From NCBI GenBank assembly GCA_034190465.1, contig JAXINV010000006.1:1-13130 (forward strand): a DNA stretch of 13,130 nucleotides. Reading direction: 5' to 3'. Source of the stretch: Candidatus Asbonarchaeum danakilense. GTDB taxonomy: Archaea; Nanohalarchaeota; Nanosalinia; Nanosalinales; Nanoanaerosalinaceae. Positions within the stretch are counted from its first letter, which is position 1. The number at the start of each line of letters is the position of its first letter. Made by a program: the position numbers and the translations under genes. Below are positions 1-7,144 of this stretch, in pieces. The notes below the pieces were generated by a model. That model was not told the origin of the DNA, did not search any database, and saw nothing but the letters and a program-made list of their open reading frames with translations.

Positions 1-420
1 TCACCGCCCATCCAGCACCAGCCGCGTGATCCGTGAACGCTTCTCCAGCAGGTAGAAGACGCCGAAGGTTCCTGCGAGCAGCGTACTACCGACCAGCCAG
101 CCGATCACACCGAGCGTCCGGAGCTGGTAGACCGCCTGCAGCACGATAGCCAGCGACAGGATGAACGTGAACACAGCCAGGAACAGGTTCATCTCGAACT
201 GCGCCCGCTGCATCTCCCGCTGCCGCGCCACGTCGAAACCCTTCTCCGTCAGCACGGGCTCATCCACGTCCGTCACCAGGCCGTGCCGGTCCAGGAACTC
301 GAGCCCGTCCTCGACCGCATCGTCAGACAGCTCTGTCCGTTCCGCCAGCGTGGTGCGCCAGCCACTGTCCTCCGTCTCGTAGACCGCCTGCAGCACCTTC
401 GCCCATGTCGTCTCCGCCAT
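1..420 (-). CDS. Winged-helix (HTH)-like protein with two C-terminal transmembrane helices, 139 aa
   Basis: Start moved to ATG at 420 (MAETTWAKVL), with a TATA-like TGTAAAAA at 443-450. The N-terminus has wHTH-like spacing (LAERTELSDDAVEDGLEFLDRHGLV...LTEKG). Two hydrophobic segments follow: FLAVFTFILSLAIVLQAVY and GVIGWLVGSTLLAGTFGVFYLL. TGA stop at 1-3. Confidence 0.75.
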   Translation of the reverse strand: MAETTWAKVLQAVYETEDSGWRTTLAERTELSDDAVEDGLEFLDRHGLVTDVDEPVLTEKGFDVARQREMQRAQFEMNLFLAVFTFILSLAIVLQAVYQLRTLGVIGWLVGSTLLAGTFGVFYLLEKRSRITRLVLDGR

Positions 421-495
421 GACGGGGGATGCACCGGCCAGTTTTTTACATCCCCGCACCCGCAGATTCTTAAGCGTCGACAGGAGAGTGGAGCC
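421..495. promoter_or_regulatory. Divergent archaeal promoter pair
   Basis: TGTAAAAA on the minus strand (443-450) lies 23-30 nt from the ATG at 420. TTCTTAAG on the plus strand (467-474) lies 22-29 nt from the ATG at 496. These are the only AT-rich patches in a GC-rich spacer. Confidence 0.6.
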
Positions 496-1206
496 ATGCC
501 TGTTGACGCCGACGTGTTCGAGTATGACTCCGTGGACGACCTTGAAGCGACGATCGACGAGGTCTACGAAGCGACAGAACAGCTCAACGACTACATGGAG
601 ACGCTGCTCGACCAGGCCGACGCCTTCCTCGACTACAGGCACGACCCTGAGACGTTCAGTGAGGCAGCGGACTACGTCGCGTCCAACATCCCGGATGAGG
701 CACTGCCTGGCATCGTCAGGAGGTACGCGCAGCAGGAACTGGACGAGCCGGAGCAGGCATCGAACTGGGAGCGGCTGGAACAGGCGGACACCACGACCGA
801 CGAGCTCGTCGAACAGTGGCAGGGCACCTACAAGGAATGCTGGGCCGCGTTCGGCTTCGAGGACGAGCGGCTCCGCGACGAGATCCAGGGTCTGGACCCG
901 TTCAAGCACCTGCTGCGGACTTGGGAGAACCACCCGTACCACCTGTTCGAGGACCAGGAGACGTACGACGACAGGACGATCGGCAGGGCATCACTGCTTG
1001 CGCATACCGGCGAGCCGACCATGGCCCGCTTCTTCGACATCGAGCACCCGACATCCAAGCAGCGGGACGATATGATGCGTGCCGTCCAGCTGGAGAAGGA
1101 CGAGAAACGTGACCGTGAGCTCCCGTTCCGCAACGACGACTGGGCCCGGGAGTTCCTCAGCGGCCAGCTCCGGGACCGGCGCTGGGTCGACAGGTCGGAG
1201 CTCTAA
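496..1206 (+). CDS. Hypothetical acidic, probably helical protein, 236 aa
   Basis: ATG at 496 (MPVDADVFEY) sits at TATA distance. D/E-rich halophile composition with GC-ending codons. No family motif recognised. Confidence 0.75.
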   Translation: MPVDADVFEYDSVDDLEATIDEVYEATEQLNDYMETLLDQADAFLDYRHDPETFSEAADYVASNIPDEALPGIVRRYAQQELDEPEQASNWERLEQADTTTDELVEQWQGTYKECWAAFGFEDERLRDEIQGLDPFKHLLRTWENHPYHLFEDQETYDDRTIGRASLLAHTGEPTMARFFDIEHPTSKQRDDMMRAVQLEKDEKRDRELPFRNDDWAREFLSGQLRDRRWVDRSEL

Positions 1207-1334
1207 TCGCTGGAACCTATCACCGCCATCGTGGCGGACAGCATCGCCATCGTCGAGAACGTGACCGCTGCCAAGGTATCGTTCCCCCGGAACACCGCGT
1301 ACGAGGCGATGATCGCCTCTCCGAAGATCAGCAC
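1203..1334 (-). CDS. Putative 43-aa hydrophobic membrane microprotein (below the ORF-track cut-off)
   Basis: Hand translation from GTG at 1334: VLIFGEAIIASYAVFRGNDTLAAVTFSTMAMLSATMAVIGSSD*. Its TAG (1203-1205) overlaps the convergent TAA (1204-1206), and it fills an otherwise empty gap. Start uncertain. Confidence 0.4.
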   Translation of the reverse strand: MLIFGEAIIASYAVFRGNDTLAAVTFSTMAMLSATMAVIGSSD

Positions 1335-1360
1335 ATCCTCGAGGACGAGCCATGACCACT

Positions 1361-1391
1361 GTTTTTCATCCCCCGCCGGAAGGCTTTAAGC
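1361..1391. promoter_or_regulatory. Promoter region, possibly divergent
   Basis: TTTAAG (1385-1390) lies 25-30 nt before the ATG at 1415. TGAAAAAC on the minus strand at 1361-1368 faces the small ORF. Confidence 0.5.
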
Positions 1392-1414
1392 CGCTGGGCC
1401 GACAAACCGTTGCC

Positions 1415-1606
1415 ATGGACCAGGACCTGGAGAAACTCCTCACCGAGATCCGGACAGCGATCGGCGGGATCAGCGAGGACGAACTGCTGCAGCGTTCAGA
1501 GCTGAACGAGGCAGCGCTCAAGCGGCAGCTCCACTACCTCCAGGACAAGGGCAGTATCGAGAAAGAGGAGACCGACCTGGCAACGTACTGGAAGCCCGCT
1601 GACTAG
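1415..1606 (+). CDS. Small stand-alone winged-helix protein, 63 aa
   Basis: MDQDLEKLLTEI...GISEDELLQRSELNEAALKRQLHYLQDKGSIEKEE...YWK shows a three-helix plus beta-wing pattern. TATA box at the correct distance. Confidence 0.7.
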   Translation: MDQDLEKLLTEIRTAIGGISEDELLQRSELNEAALKRQLHYLQDKGSIEKEETDLATYWKPAD

Positions 1607-3633
1607 GTAAAACGGTCCAGGATCTTTGCACGGAACGCATCCGGGTCCAGTTTCTCCACATCGTGTTCCTCCGCATCGGAAAGCTTCGTCTCACCGGGAT
1701 CCTCTCCCACGACCAGGTAGTCCGTGTTCCCGCTCACCGACGATGTCACATCCGCACCGTGGCGTTCCAGCAGGTCCTCCAGCTCGTCCCGTGTCCATCC
1801 CTCGATCGACCCCGTGATGACGAGGGTCACGCCGTCCAGCTCGTCGCCCGTCTCCCGGCGCTCCGGGGTCACACCCGCGTCCAGCAGTTCTTGGACCAGG
1901 TCGTCGTTCTCCGCGAAGAACGCCGTGATACTCGTCGCGACCTGGGGCCCGATGTCCTCCACCTGCTCCAGCTCCTCCTGTGACGCCTCCCGAAGTTCGT
2001 CCAGCGTGAACCGTGCCGCCAGCTCGCGGGCCGTCGCCCTGCCGACGTGCCGGATCCCGAGCGCGGTCAGAAAGCCGGTCAGGTCCGTCTCCTTGCTCGC
2101 CTCGATCCCCTCCAGCAGCTTCGACGCCGACTGTTCCGCGAACGATGGCAGCTCCACAAGGTCGTCCTCGCTGAGACGGTACAGATCGGTGAGGTCCTCG
2201 ACCAGGCCCTGCTCCACGAGCTGCGCCGCGACCTGTTCGCCCAGTCCGTCGATGTCCATCGCCTCGTCCGACGCAAAGTACTGCAGCCGCCGTTTCAGCT
2301 GCGCCGGGCAGGACGCGCCGCCGGTGCAGTAATGGTGCTCAGCCTCGCCGACGACCTCCGACCCGCAGACGGGACAGCTGTCCGGCATCGTGAACGTGCC
2401 GTCGCCCTCCGACACGACCTCCTTGACCTGCGGGATCACGTCCCCGGCACGCTCCACGGTGACCGTCGCGCCTGGCGCAACACCGAGCTGCTGTGCCTGT
2501 TTCTCGTTGTGGAGCGATGCACGGCTGATCGTCACGCCCTGGACATCCACCGGGTCCAGCAGCGCCACAGGTGTCAGCTTGCCGGTCCTGCCGACCTGGA
2601 CCACGATGTCGCGGACCGTCGTCTCCCCGGTCTTCGGCGGGAACTTGTAGGCGTACGCCCACCTGGGATGGCTGGCCGTCGCGCCCAGCTCGTCCCGCGT
2701 CCCGATGTCGTCGATCTTCGCCACCACGCCGTCGATGTCGTAGTTCAGGTCGTCGCGGCGGTCAAGCAGCCGGTCACGGTAGTCGATGAACGCGTCGATG
2801 TCGTCCACGATGTCGTTGTGATCGCTGACCGGGAAACCGATCCGTTCCAGCAGGTTGAACACTTCATCCTGCGAGTAGAGCTCCGCTGAGGTCTGCATGA
2901 TGTCGTAGCAGAAGATATCCAGCGGCCTGTCCGCCACGACCGAGGGATCGAGCTGCCGCACCGTGCCTGCTGCCGCGTTCCGCGGGTTGGCGAACGCGTC
3001 TTTCCCCTGCTGCACGCGCTCCCTGTTCAGCTGCTGGAAGCCCTCGCGCGGCATGTATATCTCGCCACGCACCACCAGCTCGTCCGGCGCATCCTCGAGC
3101 TGCAGCGGCACTGACCGGATCGTCCGCACGTTGGCCGTGATGTCCTCTCCCTCTGTGCCGTTGCCGCGTGTCACCGCCCGGTCCAGCTCGCCGTCCTCGT
3201 AGACCAGCTCCACGGAGAGGCCGTCAAACTTCGGCTCAATCGAGTACCGCACGTCCCCGACCTCGTCACGGACCCGCCGGTCGAAGGCACGGACCTCGTC
3301 TTCCTCCTCCGAGGAGTCCAGGCTCAGCATCTCGGTGACGTGCTCCACCGTCTCCAGCTCGTCCATCGGCTCGCCGCCCACACGCTGCGTCGGTGAGTTC
3401 GGATCCTGGAGGTCGAACCGGTCCTCCAACTCCTCCAGCCGGTGGTACAGGGTATCGTATGCCTTGTCAGAGATTACCGGATCGTTCTCCACGTAGTACC
3501 GGTGGTCGTGGTACGAGATCGCCTCCCGCAGCAGCTCGACCTGCTGCTCCGCCTCGTCCTGTGACAGTTCCTCAGGGTCGTCGAACGCCAGCTCAGGGTT
3601 GTGGACGTAGGGATTGTCCTGCGGCTCCTTCAT
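1603..3633 (-). CDS. ligA: NAD+-dependent DNA ligase (LigA; haloarchaeal LigN type), 676 aa
   Basis: Adenylation motif EPKFDG; VRGEIY; FANPRNAAAG; DIDGVVAK; YKFP; OB-fold VGRTGKLTP, SLHN and RAGDVIP; Zn finger CPVC..C..C; HhH repeats; C-terminal BRCT (VITG..VTSSVSGNTDYLVVGEDPG). The ATG at 3633 overlaps the polX TGA and has GGAGG upstream. Confidence 0.97.
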   Translation of the reverse strand: MKEPQDNPYVHNPELAFDDPEELSQDEAEQQVELLREAISYHDHRYYVENDPVISDKAYDTLYHRLEELEDRFDLQDPNSPTQRVGGEPMDELETVEHVTEMLSLDSSEEEDEVRAFDRRVRDEVGDVRYSIEPKFDGLSVELVYEDGELDRAVTRGNGTEGEDITANVRTIRSVPLQLEDAPDELVVRGEIYMPREGFQQLNRERVQQGKDAFANPRNAAAGTVRQLDPSVVADRPLDIFCYDIMQTSAELYSQDEVFNLLERIGFPVSDHNDIVDDIDAFIDYRDRLLDRRDDLNYDIDGVVAKIDDIGTRDELGATASHPRWAYAYKFPPKTGETTVRDIVVQVGRTGKLTPVALLDPVDVQGVTISRASLHNEKQAQQLGVAPGATVTVERAGDVIPQVKEVVSEGDGTFTMPDSCPVCGSEVVGEAEHHYCTGGASCPAQLKRRLQYFASDEAMDIDGLGEQVAAQLVEQGLVEDLTDLYRLSEDDLVELPSFAEQSASKLLEGIEASKETDLTGFLTALGIRHVGRATARELAARFTLDELREASQEELEQVEDIGPQVATSITAFFAENDDLVQELLDAGVTPERRETGDELDGVTLVITGSIEGWTRDELEDLLERHGADVTSSVSGNTDYLVVGEDPGETKLSDAEEHDVEKLDPDAFRAKILDRFT

Positions 3634-5318
3634 CCCAGCTCCTCCCGCAGTTCGTCCAGTGGCAGCGTGTTGAGGATGTTTCCGGGCTCGCACCAGCCCC
3701 GCCGGGCCTGCGCCACGCCGAGGTGCATGTGGTCCATCTCCTCGGTGGAGTGCGCATCCGTGGAGACGACGTAGTCGACCTGGTCGCGGTACCGTTTCAC
3801 GTTCCGCCAGTCCAGGTCAAGCCGTTGCGGCTGGGCGTTGATCTCGATCGCGACGTTGTCCGCCGCGGCCGCCTCCATGACACGGTCGAGGTCCAGGTCC
3901 AGCGGCTCCCGCTCGTTGATCTTCCGGTTCCGCGGGTGGGCGAGGATGTTGACCGGATAGTCCTCAAGGGCCGTGACCAGTGCATCGGTCGGGTCGTCGA
4001 CCCTGTTGTGCATCGCCGCGACGACCATATCGAACTCCCGGCACCGTTCAGCCGAGATATCCAGTCCGTCCTCCGTGATGTTGGCCTCGACACCGTGCAG
4101 CACCGTGACGTCCGTCTCCCCGGTACGGTTAATCTGTTCGATCTCCTCGCGCTGTTCCTCGAACTCGTCCTCGCTCAGCCCACCGGCGATCTGGAGGTCG
4201 GGACCGTGGTCGGTGACGAGGATGTAGTCGTAGCCGCGGTCCTCCGCTTTCGCCGCCATCTCCTGGATCGACGCGGCGCCGTCGCTGTACGTGGTGTGGA
4301 GCTGCAGGTCGCCGCGGATGTCGTCCTCCGCGACCAGGTCGGGCAGGGAACCGTCCTGCGCCGCCTCGACCTCGCCGGTGTCCTCCCGCAGCTCGGGCTC
4401 GATGAAGGTGAGGCCAAGCTCGTCGTAGACCTCCTGCTCGGTCGCACCAGCGAGTCGGTCGTCGTCCTGCAACAGGCCGTACTCGTTCAGCTTGTAGCCC
4501 TGCTGCTGGGCCAGGGTCCGGATCGTGACATTGTGGTCCTTGGAGCCGGTGAAGTACAGCAGCGCCGCACCGTAGCTCTCCCTGTCGACGATCCGGAGAT
4601 CGACCTGGAGGCCGCCGGCCAGGATGACTGAAGACTTTGTCTCGCCGTGCTCCCGAACCTCGTCGACGTCTTCCAGCCCGGTGAACGCGTCCATCGAAGC
4701 TTCAGGGTCGTCGGAGGTGGCGAGGATGTCGATGTCGCCGACTGTGGGCTTTCTCCGGCGGAACGACCCGACGACGGTGATGTCGTCCAGCGCGTCGACC
4801 GAACCCAACCGTTCTTGGAGGTCGTCGACCAGGGGGAACGCGGTGCCAAGCAGCATGCGTTCCTGCCCCCGCCTGGCCGCGTCGATGTGGTCGAGGATTG
4901 TCTGCTGCATCGTCTTGCCGAATCCCTCGACCTCCGCTATCTTTCCCTCCTCCGCGGCCTGCTCCAGGTCGTCAAGATCCTGCACGTCGAGCGCCTGGTA
5001 CAGCTTTTTGACCCGTTTCGGGCCGAGCCCGGAGACAGCGGTCATCGCCTCGACGTCGACCGGGAGCTCGTCCTTCAGCTCCTGGTAGTACTCCAGCTCG
5101 CCGGTGTCGAGGAATTCACGGATCTTGGCGGCCAGGTCCTCGCCGACGCCGTCGATGTCCTCCAGCTCGCCGCGGTCGGCCACGTCGGCGATGTCCTCGT
5201 TCAGCGATTCGATGCTGCGGGCGGCTCTGCGGTAGGCGCGCGGCTTCCATTCCACGTCCTGCATCTCGAGCAGGTCCGCGATCTCGTAGAACATGTCGGC
5301 GATCTGTTTGTTCCGCAC
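3630..5318 (-). CDS. polX: Family X DNA polymerase with C-terminal PHP domain, 562 aa
   Basis: 8-kDa domain AYRRAA; HhH motifs (GVG, GLGPK, GFG); palm GSFRR..GDIDIL and VDLR (three catalytic Asp); YFTGSK.HN; LNEYG; PELRE. PHP motifs: QLH..SDG, TDH, GVE, AHP, EIN, TDAH. GTG start with GGAGG upstream. Confidence 0.96.
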   Translation of the reverse strand: MRNKQIADMFYEIADLLEMQDVEWKPRAYRRAARSIESLNEDIADVADRGELEDIDGVGEDLAAKIREFLDTGELEYYQELKDELPVDVEAMTAVSGLGPKRVKKLYQALDVQDLDDLEQAAEEGKIAEVEGFGKTMQQTILDHIDAARRGQERMLLGTAFPLVDDLQERLGSVDALDDITVVGSFRRRKPTVGDIDILATSDDPEASMDAFTGLEDVDEVREHGETKSSVILAGGLQVDLRIVDRESYGAALLYFTGSKDHNVTIRTLAQQQGYKLNEYGLLQDDDRLAGATEQEVYDELGLTFIEPELREDTGEVEAAQDGSLPDLVAEDDIRGDLQLHTTYSDGAASIQEMAAKAEDRGYDYILVTDHGPDLQIAGGLSEDEFEEQREEIEQINRTGETDVTVLHGVEANITEDGLDISAERCREFDMVVAAMHNRVDDPTDALVTALEDYPVNILAHPRNRKINEREPLDLDLDRVMEAAAADNVAIEINAQPQRLDLDWRNVKRYRDQVDYVVSTDAHSTEEMDHMHLGVAQARRGWCEPGNILNTLPLDELREELG

Positions 5319-5368
5319 GGTGCACCCTCCATGGTGTGGTTACCGTCGCCGGCTTTTCAGGGTGTCGT

Positions 5369-5980
5369 TCACTGGAAGCAGTCGTCCTGGACGGTGGTGA
5401 GAAAGTCCTCCATCCGCCCCTCGTCGTCGCCGCTGAGGTTCCTGAACCGGTCGTAAAGGTCCTGGAGCATCGCTGCAGTCTTCTGTCCCTGGTAGGTGCC
5501 GCGTCCCTGGAGTGTCTGGACCATGTCCTGCACCGTGTCGTCGTCCAGCTCGTCGCGGCGGAACGCGGTGTAGATGAGCGCGACTGCTTCGCCCATCGTC
5601 TTGATCAGTCTGTCCTGCTGGTGCTCCATCCGGATCGATGCCGACCGCTGCTCGGGTTCGGTGGGGTCGAGCTCGGAACGCCCTGCTGCCTGGGAGGGGC
5701 GCTGCAGGTCCATGTCCGGCATCGCCTCCTCATGCCGGTCCTGCTGCCCGTATTTTTCGTACTGGTGCTTGTGGAGCAGCTCGTGCTCGACCTGGATGAC
5801 GGTCTCGTCGTCCGACTGGGACATGTTGTACAGGTCCAGCCGGTCGAACTGCGGGGTGTAGACCGCCTTGGGCTGGTCGCTGTCGTCGGTCCTGTTGATG
5901 ACCTGGTCTGGCGTGGTGACTTCGATGCCGAACCGTTCAAGGTTCTGCTGTGCGCGGTCGATGAGCGTGTCTTGGTCCAT
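5369..5980 (-). CDS. Hypothetical protein with a HExxH zincin-like metallopeptidase motif, 203 aa
   Basis: Start MDQDTLIDRA at 5980. HELLH at 5771-5785 follows two predicted beta strands (AVY, LDLY). Downstream GEAVA offers a candidate third ligand. No signal peptide. Confidence 0.7.
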   Translation of the reverse strand: MDQDTLIDRAQQNLERFGIEVTTPDQVINRTDDSDQPKAVYTPQFDRLDLYNMSQSDDETVIQVEHELLHKHQYEKYGQQDRHEEAMPDMDLQRPSQAAGRSELDPTEPEQRSASIRMEHQQDRLIKTMGEAVALIYTAFRRDELDDDTVQDMVQTLQGRGTYQGQKTAAMLQDLYDRFRNLSGDDEGRMEDFLTTVQDDCFQ

Positions 5981-5997
5981 TGTACCAAGGGTAGAAG

Positions 5998-6816
5998 TTA
6001 CTGTACCCGTTCGTAGGCCTCGACGATGATGCCCCACTGGAACAGCACGCCGATGACGCTTGTCAGGTTGGTGATGACCGGTTCCAGATAGGGACTGATC
6101 CCCTGCAACGGGATGGCGAGCAGCTGGCCGATGATGCTGACCGCTGTCACGACCAGCACAGAACCCACGATGAGGAGGAGGAAGGAGAACTTGTCCTCAC
6201 CTGTGAGCCTGAAACTTGCTTTGAACGCTTCGATGACGGAATCTCCCTTGTCAACGATGCGGGGGATGAAGAACATGATCGAGGTAGTGAAGTAGAGCGC
6301 AAACAGACTGTAGATGACAAGACTGAGTACGAAGACGATCAGTGCCATGGGTCCTGAGACCATGTTCTGCATCAGCATCGTTGTCGGGTACAGGGCGAGG
6401 ACGATCCCGATCCCGAGGATGATGAGTGTCGCGATGCTCCCCAGCAGGACCTGGGCTGCTGGTCTCACGATCCCGTGGAAGACCTCTGTGGAGAAACGGT
6501 CGGTCTCTTCGCTCAGATAGATACGGACCAGAGCGACGAACGAGACGATGTAGCCGATGACTCCCAGGGCGAGGAGGATGCCTATGACTATCGTTGAATC
6601 AGTGAGTGCAAGTGGGAATCGGATCGATGTATTGACGGAGCCAGCAACGTACTGGGGGAGGTTTGAACTGGAGAGGAAACGCTTTGCGGTAAAACTGACG
6701 ACGGCTATCGAGTTGATTATCCCGAAGATGAAGAAGACGGCACCCATGATCCCGACGTTCCGGGACTGGGAACGTTTCACCCCGTCAACCAGCGTATCGA
6801 CGATATCGACCGTCAT
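5998..6816 (-). CDS. Polytopic membrane protein of unknown function (about 6 TM), 272 aa
   Basis: About six hydrophobic segments and a ..V.EAFKASF.LT motif typical of uncharacterised archaeal membrane proteins. TTTCAAAA (minus, 6841-6848) lies 25 nt upstream of the ATG at 6816. Confidence 0.8.
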   Translation of the reverse strand: MTVDIVDTLVDGVKRSQSRNVGIMGAVFFIFGIINSIAVVSFTAKRFLSSSNLPQYVAGSVNTSIRFPLALTDSTIVIGILLALGVIGYIVSFVALVRIYLSEETDRFSTEVFHGIVRPAAQVLLGSIATLIILGIGIVLALYPTTMLMQNMVSGPMALIVFVLSLVIYSLFALYFTTSIMFFIPRIVDKGDSVIEAFKASFRLTGEDKFSFLLLIVGSVLVVTAVSIIGQLLAIPLQGISPYLEPVITNLTSVIGVLFQWGIIVEAYERVQ

Positions 6817-6904
6817 CACTGGGTAGTTCCCCTGGCATCCTTTTGAAACTTTGGGCCCAGCTTTGTCTGGATGCTGGTGAGGTGTTGTCGGATTTTCCCT
6901 CCGT

Positions 6905-7096
6905 TCAGACCGGCAGTAGCTCGATGAGGGTCTCCCAGTTCTCCGTTACGTAGAGGGCAATCTTGTAGCCGCCGAAGATGCCGACGATGCCCATGACTCC
7001 GCTGAGCGCTGGTGGGGCAGGAATAGGAAGGTCGAGCACGCCGAACACGAGCCCGACCGCCAGACCGACGATCGTGGTGACGACGACTTCGTTCAT
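6905..7096 (-). CDS. XapX/DUF1427-family small membrane protein, 63 aa
   Basis: Family signature G..VG.VFG.L.LPIPAPPALSGV.GI.GIF.GY. GGAGGG SD-like element upstream and TTTAAG at 7128-7133 (minus). Confidence 0.85.
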   Translation of the reverse strand: MNEVVVTTIVGLAVGLVFGVLDLPIPAPPALSGVMGIVGIFGGYKIALYVTENWETLIELLPV

Positions 7097-7144
7097 GGTG
7101 ACCCTCCCTTGATGGTGGCGGAGCGGTCTTAAATGCTTGCCCTG

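Noticed and set aside
421..942. N-terminal 174 aa of the track ORF 1..942
   Set aside because: Antisense to the 496-1206 gene and crosses the promoter spacer; the ATG at 420 fits the TATA spacing.
991..1359. 122-aa minus-strand ORF
   Set aside because: R/G/D-rich off-frame composition and a 216-nt overlap with the 496-1206 gene; a different minus frame gives a more credible hydrophobic peptide.
1603..5318. Calling polX-ligA a classical NHEJ system
   Set aside because: No Ku, LigD or primase-polymerase domain appears in the window, and the ligase is NAD-dependent; only gap/nick repair is supported.
1626..6016. Long plus-strand ORFs antisense to ligA, polX and the HExxH gene (e.g. 2047-2889, 3393-4631, 4647-5456, 5336-6016)
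   Set aside because: Shadow frames produced by high GC and codon bias; no motifs, and they lie opposite clearly conserved genes.
6259..6274. GCGGGGGATGAAGAAC, a 15/16 match to the reverse complement of 1361-1376
   Set aside because: It lies inside a coding region (FFIPR codons), and one such near-match is plausible by chance in 13 kb of GC-rich DNA.
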